Below, piece after piece: positions 1 to 6,817 of a stretch of 10,323 bases of DNA. A model generated the notes under the pieces. That model saw only the letters and a list, made by a program, of their open reading frames with translations. It did not search any database and was not told where the DNA came from. Position numbers and translations under genes: made by a program. Position 1 is the stretch's first letter, and each line of letters starts with the position of its first letter. Source of the stretch: Planctomycetota bacterium (GTDB lineage: Bacteria; Planctomycetota; SZUA-567; H5-PLA8). Location of the stretch: positions 1-10,323 of the forward strand of contig JBBRPR010000122.1 in assembly GCA_038227875.1 (NCBI GenBank). The letters are read 5' to 3'.

Positions 1-328
1 AGCCCGAGTGACCACGAAGAAACTCTGTCCGGAGCCATCCAATTTTGCTCGAAACGACTACACGCACCAGCATTCTCATGCCCACGTGTTACTTCGGGCA
101 TAAAACCGTGGCACGCATTTCAATTTGGAAACAGGAACTAGCTAGTAGGGTCGATGTTCGTTCCGTGTTGCAATTTTTACGGTTTCAAACAAAAATGTTT
201 ACTCATGTACTGAGCCACATACAGTTATTTGCCGGTAATGCACCCAACCGAAGACGTGCGATTCTCGAGAAAGCCACACTGTTTACCGGCTCAATAGCCT
301 TCGAGGACAATTTTTGTGAAGACAAAAC
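1..328 (+). pseudogene. Possible frameshifted upstream part of the gene whose C-terminus is the winged-helix ORF at 329
   Basis: Frame 1 is open from base 1 to TAG 139-141 (SPSDHEETLSGAIQFCSKRLHAPAF...). Frame 3 (ORF 45..443) continues ILMPTCYFGH...FEDNFCEDKT, and frame 2 takes over at ATG 329, with an in-frame TGA at 317-319 just upstream. The overlapping frames could be pieces of one gene, but I cannot confirm homology. Confidence 0.25.
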
Positions 329-748
329 ATGGAGCATTCGGAAAATTTCGAATCAGTGGAATGGAAGGGAACTACGTTTACATTTACGCCGATGCAAAGA
401 GCTGTGGTTCGAATCCTGTTCGAGAGCCTCGGAAAACCAGTAAGTCAGGCGACCATTAATTCGAAACTTGATCCGAACGGTACCAGCAATGATCGACGTA
501 TCCGGGACGTGTTCCGTCAGCATAAGACCCCGCACCCAGCATGGGGAACCATGATAAAAAAACATCCTGGCGCGAAGGATTGCTTTTTTATACCCCGCGA
601 TTTACCCATCTACGACCCACATTTACCCCAGGAGGCGGTATATCCTGCTAATGAACGTCCCAATGGGGGCGGCAGTGCATCAGACGGATTGGGAGGAAAA
701 AGAATGGCGGCAGCGAAGGTGATCCGCCCCTACCCCAACGCCCGTTGA
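329..748 (+). CDS. Putative winged-helix DNA-binding protein (resembles the OmpR/PhoB C-terminal domain); the tail after about base 595 is probably non-conserved read-through
   Basis: HSENFESVEWKGTTFTFTPMQRAVVRILFESLGKPVSQATINSKL...RIRDVFR...HPAWGTMIKK...CFFI follows the OmpR-type pattern: beta strands, a (L/F)TPx(E/Q)xxxxxxL helix, GxxVS, a recognition helix and a C-terminal wing. No receiver domain is present. Confidence 0.55.
   Translation: MEHSENFESVEWKGTTFTFTPMQRAVVRILFESLGKPVSQATINSKLDPNGTSNDRRIRDVFRQHKTPHPAWGTMIKKHPGAKDCFFIPRDLPIYDPHLPQEAVYPANERPNGGGSASDGLGGKRMAAAKVIRPYPNAR
591..629 (+). repeat. Four helically phased (T/G)ACCC direct repeats, candidate transcription-factor binding array
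   Basis: TACCCC at 591, TACCC at 603, GACCC at 614 and TACCCC at 624 (spacings 12, 11 and 10 bp). ATTTACCC is exactly repeated at 600 and 621. A -10-like TATCCT lies at 641-646. Confidence 0.5.
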
Positions 749-1321
749 CGGAAGCTGAAACGCAACACGTGGGATCGGATGCCCTGCCGCAATGTGGTTG
801 AGCTGCGTAACCGGCTGCAGGTGGAGTTGCTCTATAGCTGCGGCATGCGGCTCTCGGAGACACTGAAGCTGAAAGTCTGCGACGTGGACTTGAGTCAACG
901 CAGCGTACGCATCAACGGAAAGCGCGGCGAGGTACGCATGCTGCCGCTGCTGTCCAGCGCGGTGCAGGCGCTGAACAGTTACCTCCCGCTGCGGCGGCTG
1001 CTATTGCGTGGCAAGGATGAGGACTGGTTGTTGCTGGGCAAAACGACGGGCCGGCCATTGAGCGAAATGGCGATTTACCCCGTGTTGCGAAAGTTGCGTA
1101 AACGGCTCCAGCTAAAACGACATCTGCATCCGCATCTGTTCCGGCACAGCATCGCCGTACACCTGCTGCAACGCGGCGCGGATGTCCGACACGTGCAGGA
1201 GTTTTTAGGACACGCGAGCATCGACACAACGAAAATCTATCTGCGTATGGTTCCGGGCTGGTTGAAGGAAGATTACGACTTGGCAATGCCGCACATTGCA
1301 GTGATGGACACAACAATCTAA
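721..1321 (+). pseudogene. XerC/XerD-like tyrosine recombinase, catalytic domain only (5'-truncated, frameshift near 770)
   Basis: ORF 779..1321 has the full catalytic set: ELLYSCGMRLSE (R), GKRGEVR (K), HPHLFRH (HxxR), LGH and TKIY (Y). The expected preceding segment DPPLPQRPLTEAETQHV is encoded in a different frame (frame 1, 721-771). No N-terminal core-binding domain is encoded upstream. Confidence 0.85.
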
Positions 1322-1357
1322 TGCCGTGGGCATTCGCTACCTCGCCATCGTTCTGCG

Positions 1358-1585
1358 ATGCTTCAGGATTGCCTCCAGGAAGGCCGGCGATTTCTTGTGA
1401 GCATCGCCGGCAAGGATTTCGGTTACGATCTACAGGCCTGGCACGACCACTTAAAGCATTCGCGACAGGGCGGCTACACCTACGGACGAAACATTGTTCT
1501 TCCACGCGTGATGAAGGACGCACTAGCCAATCCGAACTGGCAGCAAGCCGTAAAACAATTAAGCGAACATGACCCTGCCGCATGA
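1358..1585 (+). CDS. Small hypothetical protein, possibly 5'-truncated
   Basis: 75-aa ORF with protein-like amphipathic sequence and an LVSIAGKDFGYDLQAWHDHL motif. The frame is open from 1322, immediately after the recombinase TAA, and there is no clear SD before ATG 1358. Confidence 0.5.
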   Translation: MLQDCLQEGRRFLVSIAGKDFGYDLQAWHDHLKHSRQGGYTYGRNIVLPRVMKDALANPNWQQAVKQLSEHDPAA

Positions 1586-1626
1586 AGCATCGCGGACCTG
1601 TACCGAAGTTCCTGGAGATCTGAAAA

Positions 1627-4600
1627 ATGGAGAGTCCTCGGTGGCTGAAGCTGCGCTGGCTCGTGGCATGCCTGGCGCTCACGGCAGCCGGTGTACTCGC
1701 GGCGGATACTTCCCAGGACGGGAAGCCCGTCGTTGTGGAAGACTACGCCAAGTCCGATGCGGTGAAGCTGGGCGGCGATCACCTGGATCCGGCCAGCAAG
1801 TTGAACGTGGGACCGGTCGCGCCGTTTGCTCAGGCGGTGCAGATTCACTTTTGTTTTACGCCCGGAGGTGGACCGAGCTGCGGCGTTAAATTCGCTTCAA
1901 ATCTGATCCTGCAGGGGCCGCTGAAACGCCTGCTCATTCCAATCAAGGGCGATGCCGCTCATCTAGCGATCCGAGCCAATCTTCTCGATGCCCACAACGA
2001 ATTGCATATGTTCACCTGCGTGCCCGCGCAGGCAGACACCACACCGGCGGGATTCCGTTGGATCGCCGTCGACTTCACTAAGCCGCCGCTATTTGTGGCC
2101 GGCGGTGATGGCGACAAAGTGCTGCAATGGCCGGCCCGGCTTGACTCGCTGTTCATCGACGGCAATGGCAACACCGGTGCCGAAGGCGATCTGGTCGTCG
2201 GCCCGATCTCTGCCGTGCCGGCGGCGGATGCGACGAAGGCAGCGGCGCCGCTGCCCACCAAACCTTATCTCTTGCAACGTTGCGAACGGCTGGTCGCCGA
2301 CGCCGGGACCTGGGGCGACAAGGCTCAGCCGGCGGCAAGCCTGGCGCTGGATCTAACGCAGAAGCACGAAGGCAATGCGAGTCTTCGGCTCGACTATCAT
2401 TTCGCCGCGGTCAACACAGGCCAATCGGCCTGGGTGCCGGTGGGTGAACGACTGCCGGCGGGCACCGCGCGAATTCGAGCGGCGCTGCGCAGCGACGGAC
2501 ACGCTCGCCAGGTTTTCGCGACGCTGATCGACGCCAACGGCGCATTCACCACTGTGACGTTCGGCTCGGTCGCGGCCGACACGTGGCAGGTGCTCAGTGC
2601 GGACCTCGCTGGGCGCACGTTTGCCTGGCCGGTGCAATGGCGCGACATCGCCGTCAGCCGCGAGGCAGGCAAGCCGGATCAAGGACGCCTGTGGGTCGAT
2701 GCGATTGGCGCCGATCTTCCCGATGCGCCGGGGGACCGCTTGAAAGCCTCGCTTGATTTCGGCCGCTGGCCGCCGCTGTGTTGGGGCAAAGACGATGCTC
2801 CGCACGCCGAGCTCGTGGTCGACTGCGGCGCTGAGGAGGCGGCGGCGCTGCCCGTGTCGGCCAAGCTCTACGATCATCAGCGGAGATTGCTGGCCGATTT
2901 ATTTTCAGGCACGGCCAGCGCTAAAGCCGGAGCTTCTTTTCGGCAACCGTTGGCATTGAAGCTGCCGGGCTTTGGTGTCTACGAAGTAGAAGTCAAACTG
3001 GGCGAACACACCAGCCTGCATTCGTTCAGCTGGCTGCCGCAGCGCAGTCCGCAGTGGGCGGAAGGTCCTTTCGGCGCCAATGCCACGCCGCTGTGGCTGC
3101 TCGACGCCATGGCCGGCATTGGTGTGGCGTGGACGCGTTCCGAATACGGCTGGCGCATGGTCGAACATCGCACCGGCACGTACGAAGACGGGTTGTTCGC
3201 CGGGCCTCAGGCCGCCGTCGCTGCCGCCGGCATGCACAGCTTGCTGCTGATCGGCGACTGGGGCCCGCAGCAGTGCCAGGGTCGCGGCAAGTCGCCGGAC
3301 AATCCGGAAACCATCGCGGCTTACGGCCGCTACTGCGCGTGGATGACGACGGCCAATCACAGTCCGCTGACGCAGCACTTTCAGATCTGGAATGAGCCCA
3401 ACCTGGCGGGCTTCTGGTGGCCGAAGCCTGATGTCGGAAACTACGCGGAGTCCCTGAAGTCGGCGTATACCGCGATCAAGGCTGCCGATCCGCAGGCCCA
3501 GGTGGTCGGCGTCAACATGTCCTGCATCGACCTGCCCTTTCTTGAGGAGCTGCTCAAGCGCGGCTGTGCCAAGTCGATGGATGTAGTCGGCCTGCACCCG
3601 TATCACCTGCCGGAGGCACCGGAGCGATTCAAGCGCGCGGTCCCCTCGCCCGCGCTCGGCGGCGAATTTCCACCGGGCACGTTTTTGCAGCAGATGACGC
3701 GCTTGACCGAGTTGCTCGACCGCTACGGGGCCGGAAATCTCAAACTGTGGCTCGACGAGTACGGTTATCCGGACCGCCCGGATCTCTACCCCGATTTCGC
3801 TCACGACGAGTGGCGTGCTGCCGCGCTGATGGTGAGACAGAGTTTGCTCGCGCTGAGTATTCCGCGCGTCGAGCGCCTCTTTCCGTATAACGTCCGCGAT
3901 GTCGCGACTGGCGATGCCGGCAATTGGGACAACGCCACGGGATTCGTCCGCAGCGATGGTTCTCCCAAAGCACGCTTCGCCAGTTGGGCGACTCTGACGC
4001 GCATGCTGCACCAGCGCCGCTTCGCCCGCACACTTAACGTCGGCGCGGATAGTTTCACCTATGAGTTCACCGGCAAAGACGGACCGGTGCTGGCACTGTG
4101 GTGTGTCAGTGGAGCAAAGACACTGGCGTTTAAAGGCAAAGGCAACGCGCCCAGCATTACCGATTCGATGGGCAACACGTCAACACTGACGGCGCGTGAC
4201 GGTCAGGTCATCGTCGGGATCAGCGAAGAACCGGTTTATCTCGCGGGATGGAGCGACGCCGAAGCGGTGGCAGGAGCGCCGGCGATTCAAGGCGACTTGC
4301 GGTGCGCTCCGGGCGAAACCGCCGAAGTTACGGTGCCCAATGCGCGCGGAACCTGGACGCTCGTGGCTCCGCCCGGATGGTCGCAGAAAAATCTGGAGGC
4401 TGGTCGCTTCGCACTGACTCCTGCGGCCGACGCCGTGACGGGCGCTGTGCCCCTGCTCTTTTCTGGAGACGGGAACACGCTGGGCGCCACGCTTACCTAC
4501 GACGACGCGCTGCGCCTGAGTGTGTATCCCGGGCGCGAGGGCGCCGTGGTTGAGATCGACAACCCGTACGCACGCCTCCGCAAGGTCGAGTTCACCGCAC

Positions 4601-5364
4601 GACGCGACGGAGCCACGCTGCCCGTTGTTCACGCTGCTGCCGCACCGCACGCCACAACCCCCATCACCCTGCCGCTGAATTGCGAAAGCGACGCGGGCTT
4701 CACGACCATTCCGCTCGACATCTCGGCAGCGCTGGCCGAGGGCGAAGCCCGCTCGCCGGTGATCATCGCACAGGGGCGGCACACCGTCGTCGGTTTCACA
4801 CCCTGCCCGGCATTGGTGAACGGCGCGCCGACGGGTAAGCCATGCCTGCTCGACAAGCCGCATCAGAAAGTCTTCCTCAAGCAGGGCTCGAAGTTTGATG
4901 CCGCCGATCAGTCCGGATCGTTTCGCGCCGGATGGGATGCGCATCGGCTGCACCTGGAAGTTGCGATCACCGACGATCAGCACCGGCCGCAGACGGATGC
5001 TGCCAATTTATGGAAAGGAGATTCGCTGCAGTTCGATCTCACGGTTGCAGGAGTCCGTCACGAGTTCGACGTCGCTATCCCCGCCGCCGGCGGAGGCGCT
5101 CTGACCTACCGTCGCTCGCCGACCGAAGGCCCCGCGCCCGAACTGTCCGCCTCTGGCACTCGAAACGGCACGCTCACCACGTATAGCGTCGACATTCCGT
5201 GGAGTTTGATCGGCGTAACCAAACCCGAGACGACCGCCATCGGCTTCGCCCTTCTGGTCAACGACGACGACGGCGCAGGCCGGACCGGTTGGCTCGAATG
5301 GTTCGACGGCGTCGGCATGAGCAAGGATCCCAGCCGCTATGGACCGCTGGTGATTACAAAGTAG
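1627..5364 (+). CDS. Secreted multi-domain glycoside hydrolase, clan GH-A (GH39/GH5-like), with tandem N-terminal carbohydrate-binding-like domains and a C-terminal CBM9/DOMON-like sugar-binding domain
   Basis: 1245-aa ORF with GGAG at 1614-1617 and a Sec-type signal peptide (MESPRWLKLRWLVACLALTAAGVLA). Motifs: acid/base HFQIWNEPN (E590, codon 3394-3396), DVVGLHPY, nucleophile LWLDEYGY (E711, codon 3757-3759) and DGSPK. The C-terminus GWDAHRLHLEVAITDD...LWKGDSLQF...IPWSLIG...GFALLVNDDDGAGRTGWLEW is CBM9-like. Confidence 0.9.
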   Translation: MESPRWLKLRWLVACLALTAAGVLAADTSQDGKPVVVEDYAKSDAVKLGGDHLDPASKLNVGPVAPFAQAVQIHFCFTPGGGPSCGVKFASNLILQGPLKRLLIPIKGDAAHLAIRANLLDAHNELHMFTCVPAQADTTPAGFRWIAVDFTKPPLFVAGGDGDKVLQWPARLDSLFIDGNGNTGAEGDLVVGPISAVPAADATKAAAPLPTKPYLLQRCERLVADAGTWGDKAQPAASLALDLTQKHEGNASLRLDYHFAAVNTGQSAWVPVGERLPAGTARIRAALRSDGHARQVFATLIDANGAFTTVTFGSVAADTWQVLSADLAGRTFAWPVQWRDIAVSREAGKPDQGRLWVDAIGADLPDAPGDRLKASLDFGRWPPLCWGKDDAPHAELVVDCGAEEAAALPVSAKLYDHQRRLLADLFSGTASAKAGASFRQPLALKLPGFGVYEVEVKLGEHTSLHSFSWLPQRSPQWAEGPFGANATPLWLLDAMAGIGVAWTRSEYGWRMVEHRTGTYEDGLFAGPQAAVAAAGMHSLLLIGDWGPQQCQGRGKSPDNPETIAAYGRYCAWMTTANHSPLTQHFQIWNEPNLAGFWWPKPDVGNYAESLKSAYTAIKAADPQAQVVGVNMSCIDLPFLEELLKRGCAKSMDVVGLHPYHLPEAPERFKRAVPSPALGGEFPPGTFLQQMTRLTELLDRYGAGNLKLWLDEYGYPDRPDLYPDFAHDEWRAAALMVRQSLLALSIPRVERLFPYNVRDVATGDAGNWDNATGFVRSDGSPKARFASWATLTRMLHQRRFARTLNVGADSFTYEFTGKDGPVLALWCVSGAKTLAFKGKGNAPSITDSMGNTSTLTARDGQVIVGISEEPVYLAGWSDAEAVAGAPAIQGDLRCAPGETAEVTVPNARGTWTLVAPPGWSQKNLEAGRFALTPAADAVTGAVPLLFSGDGNTLGATLTYDDALRLSVYPGREGAVVEIDNPYARLRKVEFTARRDGATLPVVHAAAAPHATTPITLPLNCESDAGFTTIPLDISAALAEGEARSPVIIAQGRHTVVGFTPCPALVNGAPTGKPCLLDKPHQKVFLKQGSKFDAADQSGSFRAGWDAHRLHLEVAITDDQHRPQTDAANLWKGDSLQFDLTVAGVRHEFDVAIPAAGGGALTYRRSPTEGPAPELSASGTRNGTLTTYSVDIPWSLIGVTKPETTAIGFALLVNDDDGAGRTGWLEWFDGVGMSKDPSRYGPLVITK

Positions 5365-6589
5365 CCGAATGGACGGCGGCGGAATTGCTCGCCGCGACTG
5401 GAATTCCGGCGGGTTCCAGGTTCATCCGCACGCCAATATTCAAATACGGTCGCGCGGGCTGACGCAGCCGCGCGAGCATCGTCTCCGCGGCCACTTCGCC
5501 CAGGGCGCGGCTGTTAAGGCAGATACTTCTCACGCGACCGGCGTTCGGCTTTTCGCTTCCGCCGGCAGCCTCCAAATTCAGTCCCAGTACCTCGCACTCA
5601 CGGATCAGTTTCTCACCCGTCGACGCCTCATGACAAATTAGTGCCTCAGGGCGATCGCCCACATTTAAACGTGCCAGTTCCATGGGAAGTTTTGTGTCGT
5701 TGGTGGGGACAAAGTGCACCCAACTATCGGGAACCGTGATGCCATGTGCGTCCATCGCCTGACGATAAGCGCTCAGCCGCAGAAACGAATCGGGGTCGAT
5801 GCGCCGCGCGAAACGAACGCCTTTGGGCGCGGATGGATCTGGCTCGCGCGTTTCCGGATCGAAAATCATCGCGCCGACAAAGTGAATCCGGCGCAGACCC
5901 GCTCCTACGAAAGCGTCGACGGCCGCGCGAAAGGCTCCCTGCGGATTGGCGTAGACGACGTCGGCGCAATCGCAAAGCCGTTGCGTCGGAAAATCAACGA
6001 TGGTCAACGGGCAGCCGGTTTTCACGAGCGCTTCGAGCCATTGTTCTTCCAGGATGCCAATGGTGATGACGCCATCATATCCGCCGCCGGCCACTGCATT
6101 CAGGGATGGCTTGCGCGTGGCGCCGCCGAGCAGATTGCCGAGACATTCCACCGTCAGTGCCCGGGCCGGCTGGGACCAGCGCGCGCGTGTGACGCTTGCG
6201 ACCTGCTCATGTTCATATTCCGGATCGGTATTCGTAACACCCAGCCCGCGCAGAATTCCGCCGGTAACACGGCCGCAGAACGTGTCCATTTCCGAAGGCA
6301 CGACCGAATGATGCCAGAGTATTCCCAGCTTCAAATGCCGACCGGGAATCAACGGCGGCTGATGGCGATCCGCGACAAACGTTCCGCTGCCCCGGCGCCG
6401 GTGGATAATGCCTTCGCGCGCCAATTCGTTCATGGTGCGAACGACCGTGGTGCTGCTGACGCCCAGCGCTTTCTGGAACTCCGTTTCCGGAGGCAGACGC
6501 ATCCCCGGTTGAAATTCCGACTGGATGCGTGCGCGCAGCAGTTCGCGAATCTGAACGTGTTTGGGTATCGATCGCTTCCGGATGTACAC
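5354..6589 (-). CDS. GntR-family transcriptional regulator with a LacI-type periplasmic-binding-fold sensor domain (AraR-like architecture)
   Basis: N-terminal GntR wHTH: PKHVQIRELLRARI...RLPPETEFQKALGVSSTTVVRTMNELAREGIIHRRRGSGTFV. LacI-like motifs follow: YDGVI, PLTIVD, GLRRIHFVG, RLSAYRQAM, RPEALIC, LGEVAAETML. I moved the start from ATG 6625 to GTG 6589 because GGAGGT lies 6 nt upstream of it, giving 411 aa. Confidence 0.92.
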   Translation of the reverse strand: MYIRKRSIPKHVQIRELLRARIQSEFQPGMRLPPETEFQKALGVSSTTVVRTMNELAREGIIHRRRGSGTFVADRHQPPLIPGRHLKLGILWHHSVVPSEMDTFCGRVTGGILRGLGVTNTDPEYEHEQVASVTRARWSQPARALTVECLGNLLGGATRKPSLNAVAGGGYDGVITIGILEEQWLEALVKTGCPLTIVDFPTQRLCDCADVVYANPQGAFRAAVDAFVGAGLRRIHFVGAMIFDPETREPDPSAPKGVRFARRIDPDSFLRLSAYRQAMDAHGITVPDSWVHFVPTNDTKLPMELARLNVGDRPEALICHEASTGEKLIRECEVLGLNLEAAGGSEKPNAGRVRSICLNSRALGEVAAETMLARLRQPARPYLNIGVRMNLEPAGIPVAASNSAAVHSATL

Positions 6590-6621
6590 CGAGTTACCTC
6601 CGCACTTGACAACTTCATAGT

Positions 6622-6634
6622 ACATGCATGTTTT
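6622..6634. promoter_or_regulatory. Putative operator copy 1 (ACATGCATGTTTT)
   Basis: 13 bp identical to part of the perfect palindrome at 6734-6751, located about 33 bp upstream of the regulator start codon. Confidence 0.65.
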
Positions 6635-6733
6635 AATTAAAATAGTGAATTCCTAGTATATTTATAATGGGCCATTAATGATCGAGTTCATTGGTAATGA
6701 TGGGCGAGAGTTCACAAATAATAATATTTTACG

Positions 6734-6751
6734 CAAAACATGCATGTTTTG
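6734..6751. promoter_or_regulatory. Putative operator copy 2, perfect 18-bp palindrome CAAAACATGCATGTTTTG
   Basis: Perfect inverted symmetry, 66 bp upstream of ATG 6818, with its core repeated at 6622-6634. Confidence 0.75.
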
Positions 6752-6817
6752 GTGTAGAGTCTGATGTGGATGTGAAGATATGACACCGCCCGAAGAACTC
6801 ATGTAAAGGAGCAGAGC

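Larger units (their letters stand above)
6590..6817. promoter_or_regulatory. AT-rich divergent promoter region between the regulator and the beta-propeller gene
   Basis: Sharp AT enrichment between two divergent starts. It contains TTGACA (6606-6611, +), TATAAT (6663-6668, +), TATACT (6660-6655, -), and SD sequences AAGGAG (6806-6811, +) and GGAGGT (6601-6596, -). The exact -35/-10 pairs are unresolved. Confidence 0.8.

Noticed and set aside
912..1682. 256-aa minus-strand ORF
   Set aside because: Arg/Ala/Cys-rich non-protein-like composition, antisense to the recombinase, the small ORF and the GH start.
2905..4011. 368-aa minus-strand ORF (also 2353..2877, 4180..4983 and other ORFs nested in the GH gene)
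   Set aside because: Antisense or alternate-frame shadows of a GC-rich gene with clear motifs; they have no recognisable domains.
6590..6625. ATG 6625 as the start of the GntR regulator
   Set aside because: It has no SD and lies inside the putative operator; GTG 6589 has GGAGGT at 6 nt spacing and gives a normal GntR N-terminus.
6606..6637. Perfect TTGACA as the -35 of a plus-strand sigma70 promoter
   Set aside because: No acceptable -10 at 16-18 bp spacing (TTTAAT is 20 bp away), so I did not call a specific promoter.
5714..6640. 308-aa plus-strand ORF
   Set aside because: Antisense to the well-supported GntR regulator, with no recognisable motifs.
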